NCBI GenBank assembly: GCA_964230645.1
Contig: CAXRHT010000002.1
Location: 448,001 to 512,000 of the forward strand
Direction of reading: 5' to 3'
From: Bdellovibrionales bacterium
Lineage (GTDB): Bacteria > Bdellovibrionota > Bdellovibrionia > Bdellovibrionales > JAGQZY01
DNA length: 64,000 nucleotides
Below the pieces are notes generated by a model. It did no database searches and was not told the origin of the DNA. It saw nothing but the letters and a program-made list of their open reading frames with translations. The position numbers were made by a program, and so were the translations under genes. Below are positions 41,060-49,362 of this stretch, one piece after another. Positions within the stretch are counted from its first letter, which is position 1, and every line of letters begins with the position of its first letter.

Positions 41060-41557
41060 TTACGCAGCTTGATCTTCCGACTTTTGAGTGAGGAAACGAA
41101 AGAATTTTACTTCACTCACATCAAGCTCTGGGTCACAGTCCGCTCCACAGATTTTGGTTTTATCAAAATCTAACTTGACTTGGCCACCTTCAACTTTGAC
41201 ATCTTTTCCAACCTGAAAAAGAACTTCTTTTTCTTCGTCACAGTCCTCACAGTAAAAAGGCACTTCAAGGCTATTCACTTTTGACTTAGGGGGAAGAAAT
41301 CCTTCCACCATATTCATCTGCATGACCAAAGCTTTTGGACAATTGACAAAAGTAAAAGCAGTGTCTTGAAAGTCATTGAACCACATAATCCAGGCACGAA
41401 TTCCTACGGAGTTGATCGAAGAAACATCTTTTAAGTCTATTACAACTTCACTGCCCATATCGGTAACACTTGGAAATTGTGCTTCTTCATCAATAGGTCC
41501 CATAAACTGGAAACAAGGTAGACCATCCACTTCTGTTTTCTTAACTTCAAATGCCAT
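41060..41557 (-). CDS. STAS-like anti-anti-sigma protein with C-terminal Cys cluster
   Basis: GPIDE, VVIDLKDVSSINSVG (phospho-Ser loop), CEDC and CGADC. Confidence 0.75.
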   Translation of the reverse strand: MAFEVKKTEVDGLPCFQFMGPIDEEAQFPSVTDMGSEVVIDLKDVSSINSVGIRAWIMWFNDFQDTAFTFVNCPKALVMQMNMVEGFLPPKSKVNSLEVPFYCEDCDEEKEVLFQVGKDVKVEGGQVKLDFDKTKICGADCDPELDVSEVKFFRFLTQKSEDQAA

Positions 41558-41558
41558 C

Positions 41559-42305
41559 TTAAGACTCCTTAGCCTCTATTATAATCAAACTTTTATTCAT
41601 TTCAACGCGATCTTCGTGGTGAGCATTTCTTGGCATCCAAACCAAGACTAAAGATCCCTTTCCAGGATCAACGGTGATCGCTAAACCTACGCCCAGAGTA
41701 TAGATAAGATAACTACCAATTCCCGCTCCGGAGTTTTCATCCTTTTTAATCGCATTTTTAACACCTTGATCAAAACATCGTTGCATATTGGCTAGCATAT
41801 CCCTTGGATTGAGTGTTCCAAAATGGTCACGGCAGTAAAGAACCACTGTTTCATCATTGGCATCAATTCCAAATTTCATCGATTTTTGATTGTCGGCGGC
41901 CGACTTTGCGAAATTGGTAAATAACTCATCTGATATTAAAAAGAGATCATCTCTGACTCTTCTAAATTTTTTATTCTTTAAAAACTGTTCCACCTGAGAG
42001 AGAAAGTCTTTTTTGTTGGAGTGTCCAAAAAACTTCTGTTGAAATCTCATACTGATATCTTCAGTGACTTCAATGAGACTCTCACCCGGGTTTTCTAAAA
42101 AATTTGCGACGTTGTCTTTAATTTTCACAACTCTTAGCTCATCAAAACCGTTAGTCACCACTTGTAGTGGATTGTGAGACATAGCTAAGTTAACTGCATC
42201 ACTTGGTGTTATATCCGACCCAACGACGATTTTGTCTTTGAGGTCGCCTTGCACCCCTTTCACAAAATCCTTCAGATAGATTACATTTTTCTTATTATCA
42301 CTCAT
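41559..42305 (-). CDS. RsbW/SpoIIAB-like GHKL ATPase (putative Ser kinase)
   Basis: DELFTN (N box), DHFG (G1), GAGIG (G2). Confidence 0.65.
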   Translation of the reverse strand: MSDNKKNVIYLKDFVKGVQGDLKDKIVVGSDITPSDAVNLAMSHNPLQVVTNGFDELRVVKIKDNVANFLENPGESLIEVTEDISMRFQQKFFGHSNKKDFLSQVEQFLKNKKFRRVRDDLFLISDELFTNFAKSAADNQKSMKFGIDANDETVVLYCRDHFGTLNPRDMLANMQRCFDQGVKNAIKKDENSGAGIGSYLIYTLGVGLAITVDPGKGSLVLVWMPRNAHHEDRVEMNKSLIIIEAKES

Positions 42306-44110
42306 TAGGCCGCCACCTTTTTGCTATCAAATTCAACAAGTACGAGCGTCACGTCATCATCAAGGGGAGTGTCCTTTCTGAAATCATTTAAAGTGCCAAA
42401 TACACTATCAACCGTAGCATTGACCTCTTGGGCGTTAATCTCTGATAAAGACTTGAGAAAACGTCTTTCACCAAAGAGATCTCCCTCGGGGCTCTTCACA
42501 TCTACGATACCATCAGTGTAAAAAATAATTTTATCGCCATCGGAAATACTCATCTGGTAATCCTCATACTCAGAGTCAGGATTTTCTCCCAGACGAGGAT
42601 TGTTGCATTCCATAAGAGGATAATAGTCTCTCCTCTTAGGTTTTCCTTCCACTTCATGACTGAGTAGAAAAGGTGGATCATGACTAGCATTACAGTAAGT
42701 CATCTCGTTGGTATCGAGATCAACAGCCGCAAGGAAAAAGGTCATCATCATCTCCCCTTTTGAGGTCGAGTAAATGGCTTTATTCAAAATAGAGAGAGCT
42801 TTTGCGGGAGTGACATCTGGAATTCCTTCAATCACCGACGCCACGGCTCGGGCGGCACTGGTCAAAAGTGCTGCCGGCACTCCGTGACCTGTGGCATCGC
42901 CAATCCATAAATAGACCTTGTTGCCCACTTGCGAATAATACCACCAGTCCCCTCCACACTCTGTGGCTGGAACGGAATTCCCGTAAAGGTTGATCGGCCC
43001 GATGGTCGCATCGTTTTTTGGAAAAAGAGTGTCTTGCACGGTGTGAGCTGTTTGAAGCTCTGCTTCCATTCGAGCATTTTCTGCGGTTTTCTCCATTAGG
43101 CGGGAGACTTCCTCAGTCATCTTATTAAAACTTTTGGCTAGAACACCAATTTCATCTTCGTTCTTTTCATCCACTCGTACACTAAAATCACCTTCCATAA
43201 TTTGGCTCGTGGCATCAGCTAAAGAGCGTAAGGCCACTGTTAGTGAGTTTGAAGCAAAAACTCCAACGATCACAAGACAGCAAAGAATGAGTCCAGCAAA
43301 GATAATTGAGCGCTTCATTAATGTACGAACCGCAGAGAGTGCTTTTTCTTTATTAACTAGAGAAACAACATAAAGGTGACCTTTTCCTACTTTGGAATAG
43401 GACGCCAAGTAGACATCATTTCCTAGCTTAGTCTCTTTTGTTCCCTCATGAAATTTGTTGTTGAAAACATTTTTTTCAAGGTAAGGTCGTAAATTGTTAA
43501 ATTTGTTTTGACCAGCCACACGACCTCGCATGGAATGAAACAAATAGTTGTCACTTCCCGATCCTTCTCCAAAAAGTGAAAAGAAGTTTGTATTCTCCAC
43601 CAGGATAACACTGACTAGATTATTAGACTTTGCTAATAAATAGAGATGCATGGGGTAATCTTCAGAAACGCCTATAGAAAACCCTGTGTACCAAGTTTCT
43701 CCTAAAAGTTTTTGAAGTCTGTCATTTTCTTTTTTTGAAAACTCTAAATCTTTACTAATATCATAGAGAGGTTCAAAGTTTTCTCCGTTCCACTTAAAAC
43801 TATGAAAGGCCTTAAGGTCAGGTTCTGATTTGAAGTAAGAAAAACCATTATTAGAAAGTTTTTTTGCATTAGGATCAAAGTTGGAATTAATCGCTTTTAG
43901 AGACTGTATATAACTATTAAGTTGGGAGTCGACTGTTGAAGCTTTTGCTCTCGCCGCAGATAAAGCTGTATCGTAGACATAGGCAAGTTTATCGTCTTCA
44001 AAAAGACTTGTTGCCATTGCAACCATCAATAAAATAGAGATCACTGGCAGCGTTGAGAGCACCAGTAAAATTTTATTCTTGATCGAAAGAGATTTTAATT
44101 GCAATTTCAT
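42305..44110 (-). CDS. membrane sensor HAMP + PP2C (SpoIIE/RsbU-type) phosphatase
   Basis: Two TMs, HAMP (DEIGVLAKSFNKM), GGDWW, GDATGHG, YTDG, DDVT. Confidence 0.92.
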   Translation of the reverse strand: MKLQLKSLSIKNKILLVLSTLPVISILLMVAMATSLFEDDKLAYVYDTALSAARAKASTVDSQLNSYIQSLKAINSNFDPNAKKLSNNGFSYFKSEPDLKAFHSFKWNGENFEPLYDISKDLEFSKKENDRLQKLLGETWYTGFSIGVSEDYPMHLYLLAKSNNLVSVILVENTNFFSLFGEGSGSDNYLFHSMRGRVAGQNKFNNLRPYLEKNVFNNKFHEGTKETKLGNDVYLASYSKVGKGHLYVVSLVNKEKALSAVRTLMKRSIIFAGLILCCLVIVGVFASNSLTVALRSLADATSQIMEGDFSVRVDEKNEDEIGVLAKSFNKMTEEVSRLMEKTAENARMEAELQTAHTVQDTLFPKNDATIGPINLYGNSVPATECGGDWWYYSQVGNKVYLWIGDATGHGVPAALLTSAARAVASVIEGIPDVTPAKALSILNKAIYSTSKGEMMMTFFLAAVDLDTNEMTYCNASHDPPFLLSHEVEGKPKRRDYYPLMECNNPRLGENPDSEYEDYQMSISDGDKIIFYTDGIVDVKSPEGDLFGERRFLKSLSEINAQEVNATVDSVFGTLNDFRKDTPLDDDVTLVLVEFDSKKVAA

Positions 44111-44117
44111 ACCCCTC

Positions 44118-44144
44118 TTTTCGGCACTTTTTTGAAAAAACTAA
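44118..44144 (-). promoter_or_regulatory. candidate sigma-28 (FliA) promoter
   Basis: TTAG-N15-GCCGAAAA on the minus strand, 7 nt before the PP2C ATG; resembles TAAA-N15-GCCGATAA. Confidence 0.4.
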
Positions 44145-44229
44145 CCCCTCATTCTTTTTTTTTCATTTCTAGTCATTGGTCCAGCAAGCTTCTGAGGTTC
44201 TCAACCGATTAAGATTCAAGGAGATAACT

Positions 44230-46107
44230 TTGAGTCAACATGCACGCCTAGAAAAATCAGATAAATGGATTGTCGGGATTACCTCGATTTGTGCCATGCT
44301 ATTGCTTTCCTGGCTTGTTCACGACATTCTCTACAACAATCCCCTATTAGAAGGTCAAAATAAAATCGGTGAAATTTTTCAAGTGCAGAATCGCGTGAAA
44401 AGAAAGTTTAGCCGTAGTCTTCTTTGGTACCCTGCCGCACAAAATGAAATCGTTTATGAAAATGACTGGATCTTTACTGGAAATGATTCCGTAGCGAAAA
44501 TTCGTTTAGATTCAGGTGATGAAATTGTCATTGAACCCGACTCACTTATTATATTGTCGCGTAAAAATGGTGTTCTCCAACTTGACTTACAACATGGTCA
44601 ACTTTTGGCTAATGTTAAGTCTAAAAACGTAAAAATTAACGTGACTCGTAACGGTAAAAAGCAAACCATCGATACCTCAAAAGGAAGCGTTAAGGTTGCT
44701 AAAAAAGTCGCTCAAGAATCTGAACCTGTTGTTGATCTCCTTGACCTCGATCAAGACAATGACGGGAAAGAAGACGTGACTCTTTCTCAACTTTCCGATC
44801 GCCGAAATTTTACTCCCAAAGAAGGCTTCACCGCTCTTCAGGAGAATGGCCTCTCTGTAAAGCAAGTGACTGTTAAAAAAGCCAAACTCTATGAAGGGCA
44901 AAAAACGACTGTTGATCTTGAGTGGGAAGATCCTTTTAAAAAATGGTCTTTATATAGTGTAGAAGTTTCTGATGACCCCGATTTTGAAACTGTTTTAGCT
45001 TCAGGAGAAATGAGTGAATCACCCTTTTCATTTGTTCATGGAAACAGTGGAAACTATTTTTGGCGCATTAAAGGGAGCGACAGTAAGGGAATTCAGTCCC
45101 CTTGGTCGAATAAGGCCATCGCTAATTTAGACATTCAGTTTCTTGAAAAATCTCAACCCCTTCGCCTGAGTCGAAATTCTTATCTCTACCAGATGGATCA
45201 AAAAGATTTTGAAACCGTTTTACCGGATCGATCTTTTAACACCAAAGAAAAGCCCATTAAAATTTCATGGGAAGAGCATGAGAAAGCAGCCGCCTATAAG
45301 GTGCAAGTCTCTGACCAAGAAAACTTTGAGAACATCCGTGAAGAAAAAATTGTAAAAGACAACCAGTGGGATCTAACCAACCTAAAGCTTGGAAAGACAT
45401 TTTTCCGTGTTGTGCCTGAAACAAAAGAAGGAATCGCTTTAGCCCAGCCTGCAACAGGGAAAGTAACCACCTACTTCCCCACTCCAAAAAGTCAAAGTCT
45501 TAAGACCAAACCCCAAGGGGACAAAAAGCAACTGCTAACTTGGGAGCCAGTGCCTTACGCTGAAGCTTATCAGGTAACCTATCAGACAGAACGTGACGGA
45601 AAACCAAAACGTCGAATAGTAAAAGACAACCAAGTGAAGATTACTAATAACTCCGGTTTTTTAAAGTGGAAGGTTCGAGTTGTTGATCCTGAGACCAAAA
45701 AGTCGATGAGCTCTAATTCAGACTCGGTGGATTGGTACCAAAAAGCTAAGAAATTAGCCAGTGTAAGTCCCGAAGAAGTCGGCCAGGCTCTACGTGCCGT
45801 TCCAGTGATCACCTCCCCGGCTCCTAGAAAAACATTTATTTCTCTTAATCGCTCCCCTCTCTTTATTGTGATGAATTGGAGTTATGAAGAAGAAGCCAAA
45901 GCCTTTGAAGTGGAAATTTCAAAAAATGCTGAAATGTCTGATCTTGTTTACAAAAAAAGAGTCCGCAACAAAAACCGTGCGGTGATCAATCAAGTGTTTG
46001 ACCCGGGCATTTACTTCCTAAGAGTTCGCGCCTCCAATGGCAATGTCCTTGATGAAGCCTGGTCTGAGACTGAAGTCTTTCGTGTCATCAACCGCAAAGC
46101 TAACTAA
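44230..46107 (+). CDS. FecR-domain protein with FN3/Ig-like repeats
   Basis: TM then 'DWIFTGNDSVAKIRL...IEPDSLI' FecR-like region; repeated 'W...YxVEVS.D.DF...YFWRI' modules; TTG 44230 after AGGAG. Confidence 0.8.
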   Translation: MSQHARLEKSDKWIVGITSICAMLLLSWLVHDILYNNPLLEGQNKIGEIFQVQNRVKRKFSRSLLWYPAAQNEIVYENDWIFTGNDSVAKIRLDSGDEIVIEPDSLIILSRKNGVLQLDLQHGQLLANVKSKNVKINVTRNGKKQTIDTSKGSVKVAKKVAQESEPVVDLLDLDQDNDGKEDVTLSQLSDRRNFTPKEGFTALQENGLSVKQVTVKKAKLYEGQKTTVDLEWEDPFKKWSLYSVEVSDDPDFETVLASGEMSESPFSFVHGNSGNYFWRIKGSDSKGIQSPWSNKAIANLDIQFLEKSQPLRLSRNSYLYQMDQKDFETVLPDRSFNTKEKPIKISWEEHEKAAAYKVQVSDQENFENIREEKIVKDNQWDLTNLKLGKTFFRVVPETKEGIALAQPATGKVTTYFPTPKSQSLKTKPQGDKKQLLTWEPVPYAEAYQVTYQTERDGKPKRRIVKDNQVKITNNSGFLKWKVRVVDPETKKSMSSNSDSVDWYQKAKKLASVSPEEVGQALRAVPVITSPAPRKTFISLNRSPLFIVMNWSYEEEAKAFEVEISKNAEMSDLVYKKRVRNKNRAVINQVFDPGIYFLRVRASNGNVLDEAWSETEVFRVINRKAN

Positions 46108-46117
46108 AATTCTCGAA

Positions 46118-46528
46118 TATCGTCCTGGAAGCAAATTGTCGTCCTGAGGCTCTCCCTCAAATTGTCGTCCTGAGGCTCTCCCTCAAATTGTCGTCCTGAG
46201 GCGAAGCCGAAGGACCTGTCGAGCTTCGATCAAAGTCCTCGGCTCCCCATACTTCCATTTATAATAAATCTCCTCAGGGCCGGCATCCATGCCTTGCTGG
46301 TGTTTCGCCCTGCGGGCGAAAACGCGTCACGCTCACCAGAGCCCTTTAGAGAATTATTATAAATGGAAGCATGGGGATCGTGGCTTGAACGGAACTTCTA
46401 TTTGAAAAGCCTTTCTTTATAGCTTTCGTTTTAGTCAATGTTCGAGCAAGCTTCGACAGGTCCTTCGGCTTCGCCTCAGGACGACATGTTGGAGGCCCAG
46501 GACGACATGGATCGGAAGCAGGACGACA
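46118..46528. repeat. REP-like locus D
   Basis: Perfect 34-bp inverted repeat 46189-46222 / 46453-46486; identical 26-bp left units at 46137 and 46163, decayed unit at 46118; 21-bp right units ending 46507 and 46528. Confidence 0.93.
46244..46377. mobile_element. 134-bp MITE-like palindromic element nested in locus D
   Basis: 29-bp terminal inverted repeats with 2 mismatches; internal hairpins GGCAT-cc-ATGCC and TTCGCCC-tgc-GGGCGAA; CTGGTG/CACCAG. Confidence 0.7.
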
Positions 46529-46691
46529 TTGATCGGAAGAAAGAGGGAAAACCGGTCCTTCACCCCAATAGCTGCCCTGTTTTTACGCAATTACCTAAGC
46601 TATGATGCAGCAAGCAGTAGAATTGTTGGCCTCTCGCCTGTCCGTTCTGGTAAGTAATTCAGCTCATTACATACTAAGGAGACAATGGCTC

Positions 46692-47015
46692 ATGGATCAG
46701 CAATCAGCGAGTGCTTACAAGTGGTGGTTAATGGTTCCCCTTTTTCTTGTTTTCGCCTTCTTTTTTCCAAGATTGTTGGCAAATAGTTTAGGCCCCGATA
46801 ACCCATGGACCAGCTATCTTTACCTTTATGGCTTTGGCTTTTTCTACACTGGCTCAGGCCTTCTCCTTGTTACAAAAACGGGAGCTTGTAACTTCAACCG
46901 TCAGCGCGACCTTTTCTGGTTTAAAATCGTTGTGGGTGGATTCTTTTATTTTGCAGCTCTCCATGCCGTCTGGATTTATCTTGGCCTGTCCATTCCCTAC
47001 CTAGGAGGTCAATAA
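46692..47015 (+). CDS. small membrane protein coupled to the SSS transporter
   Basis: Three hydrophobic segments; AAGGAG RBS; stop overlaps the next start (TAATG). Confidence 0.7.
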   Translation: MDQQSASAYKWWLMVPLFLVFAFFFPRLLANSLGPDNPWTSYLYLYGFGFFYTGSGLLLVTKTGACNFNRQRDLFWFKIVVGGFFYFAALHAVWIYLGLSIPYLGGQ

Positions 47016-48919
47016 TGGGATCATTTGGTATTACCCTCACCTCCGGTGCCGTAATGGCGATCTCCATTGTGGCTGTGGTTTATGTGGCCGTGATCACTCT
47101 TTTTGGTGGTTACTTCGCTCGCTTCAATAAAAACATTAACGACTTCTTCTACTCGGGTAACCGCTTCTCATGGTGGCTCCCGGCGGCCAGTATGGTCGCT
47201 ACCGGGATTGGCTCTTATAGTTATCTAAAATACTCCGAGCAGGGTTACAACACGGGCATGAGCTCAACCATGACTTACCTCAACGATTGGTTCCTGGCTC
47301 CCTTCTTTATTTTTGGTTGGCTCCCTATTATTTATTTTGCCAGAATCAAATCCGTTCCCGAGTATTTCGAAAGACGTTTTAATTCGGCCGCCCGTTATAT
47401 CGCCTTAACAATTATCCTCGCCTATATGTTCTTCTACATTGGCTACAACCTCTACACTATTGGTGTGGCCCTTGAGGGAATGTTTCAAGTTTCTCAGCTT
47501 TGGAGTGTTCCTATACTTGCCGCCTTCCTGGGTGCTTACGTAACTTTCGGTGGACAGACTGCTGTTATTTTTACGGATCTCTTTCAAGGAGTGATGCTTT
47601 ACATCGCTGGCTTCCTCGCTATTTTCGCGGGAATTTATGCCCTTGGTGGTTTTGATGACTGGTGGTCTTACCTCCCCATTTCTCACAGACTTCCCTTTGT
47701 CCATTTAAGTGAAAATCCAAAGTTCAATTCTGCCGGTCTTTTCTGGGGAGAAGCTTTGGCTGGAAGTATTGCCTTCACTTTCATGAACCAAGGTTTCTTA
47801 ATGCGCTACCTGACCATCAAAAGTGTGCACGACGGTAGAAAAGCGGCCTTCTTTAATGTGATGGTCACTCTCCCCGTTTCAGCCATTATCGTTGGAGCCA
47901 TTGGTTGGATTGGAAAATCCTTAGTGGTTAAACAAGCCGTGACTGGTGGAGCTCTTGCTGGTTACGATTTTGTGGATATTGAAAACACCTTCCACACCTT
48001 TATTGTAGTGTGCTGGACTACGGTTCATCAAAATCCTTGGGTTTTTGGATTTATTGTGGCAGCCCTTATGGCAGCCCTAATGTCGACGATCGACACTCTG
48101 ATCAACGCCTGTGCGGCCATTGGTATTTACGATCTTTATAAGCCTCTTATTATGCCTGAAGCCTCCGACGAGCATTACCTCAAAGCCGCTCGCTGGGCCT
48201 CAATCATCACAACTGTCATAGGAACTGTGCTGGTGATTTGGTTTAACACCCAAAAGGGAAGTTTGATGTCCATTCACTACAAGGGTATCATGATTATTAT
48301 CCCGGCCATTGTGACCACAATTTTTATGGGTGCGTTCTGGAAAAGATTTAACTCCATTGCGGCCTGTGTTTCGATGCTCGCAGGAAGTTTAATCACTGTT
48401 ATTACAGTTTGGTTTCCAAGCCCCATTCGACCGCTTTCTTGGTTTCTTTCAGGCCCCCTTGATGGCGACTTTATTTATTTCCGTGCTCTTTTTGGAATGA
48501 TCATTACAGCCATTATTGGTTTTGTTGTGACAATGCTTACAAGCGGTAAAGAAGATAAAGATGTCACAGGTCTTACCATCGACACCTTGGATAAAGCCAT
48601 GAGTGACTATAAAGATGGGGGCATTCCTAACCACGAAGTGGGTGAAAAAGTTCATGGTCTTAACTTTCAGGAAAAAGCCGATACCGAGAAAGATTGGATC
48701 GAGCTCTCTCAAGGAAGCATGGATTTATTAGAAGCCAAAGATGGTGACATCGTTTATCTCTCTGATAGTCGTTGGTGGCTTGGTGGACTTCGCTCCTATC
48801 ATATGAAAGCTAAAACGAATCCGGCTCTTTCTGATGAAGAAGTGGCTATGTCCAAGGAGACTTTCGAGGAGGCTTATTTCCTTGAGAAATACACTCTTGT
48901 GGCTGAGAAGATTATCTAA
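47015..48919 (+). CDS. sodium:solute symporter (SSS) with extra C-terminal soluble domain
   Basis: SVPEYFERRF, YVTFGGQTAVIFTDLFQG, AALMSTID; about 13 TMs. Confidence 0.9.
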   Translation: MGSFGITLTSGAVMAISIVAVVYVAVITLFGGYFARFNKNINDFFYSGNRFSWWLPAASMVATGIGSYSYLKYSEQGYNTGMSSTMTYLNDWFLAPFFIFGWLPIIYFARIKSVPEYFERRFNSAARYIALTIILAYMFFYIGYNLYTIGVALEGMFQVSQLWSVPILAAFLGAYVTFGGQTAVIFTDLFQGVMLYIAGFLAIFAGIYALGGFDDWWSYLPISHRLPFVHLSENPKFNSAGLFWGEALAGSIAFTFMNQGFLMRYLTIKSVHDGRKAAFFNVMVTLPVSAIIVGAIGWIGKSLVVKQAVTGGALAGYDFVDIENTFHTFIVVCWTTVHQNPWVFGFIVAALMAALMSTIDTLINACAAIGIYDLYKPLIMPEASDEHYLKAARWASIITTVIGTVLVIWFNTQKGSLMSIHYKGIMIIIPAIVTTIFMGAFWKRFNSIAACVSMLAGSLITVITVWFPSPIRPLSWFLSGPLDGDFIYFRALFGMIITAIIGFVVTMLTSGKEDKDVTGLTIDTLDKAMSDYKDGGIPNHEVGEKVHGLNFQEKADTEKDWIELSQGSMDLLEAKDGDIVYLSDSRWWLGGLRSYHMKAKTNPALSDEEVAMSKETFEEAYFLEKYTLVAEKII

Positions 48920-48985
48920 TCTTTTTGGTTCTGCTTAGGGCCTTGGGGTTTTGCTGGGGCCTTTCTCGGGAAACTAAATCGGGGG

Positions 48986-49173
48986 CCCTTTGAGAGTCTC
49001 CAAATTCTGTAAAAATGTTTTCAAAACTTTGTGCCGAGGCACGCACCCGGGTGCACTTCGTCTCCCGCAAGGTAACACTGCGTGCTACCTTGCAAGATAC
49101 GCAGCGCTCGTTGCTCGAGCCCCGGCACAAAGTTTCGAAAACATTTTTACAGAATTTGGAGACTCTCAAAGGG
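48986..49173. mobile_element. 188-bp MITE-like element with 51-bp terminal inverted repeats
   Basis: 48986-49036 vs 49123-49173 with one mismatch; inner hairpin GCAAGGTAACAC/GTGCTACCTTGC. Confidence 0.8.
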
Positions 49174-49362
49174 TGATTTCAACCCCAGGTGAGCTATCAA
49201 AAGTATAAACAGCTGTGTGACGAAAATTGTCGAAGCTCGCTTGCGCTGGCCTCTGAAGGGGTGTTGCTTTTCTTAAAACCCCTAACTTATTGTTTTTACT
49301 AAATATCTTCTTCATGGAAATATTTGAAAGGCTTTTGATTTGGCACGGTTCATGTACCTCCT

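Noticed and set aside
46118..49173. Composite transposon formed by loci D and E around the SSS operon
   Set aside because: The two elements are unrelated in sequence; no transposase or target duplication.
48912..49208. Two ORFs both starting MRVSKFCKNVF on opposite strands
   Set aside because: Artefact of the 51-bp inverted repeat; no RBS.
49340..49355. Sigma-54 promoter (TGGCACG) upstream of the L,D-transpeptidase
   Set aside because: The -12 position reads GT rather than GC and lies too near the ATG; support is insufficient.
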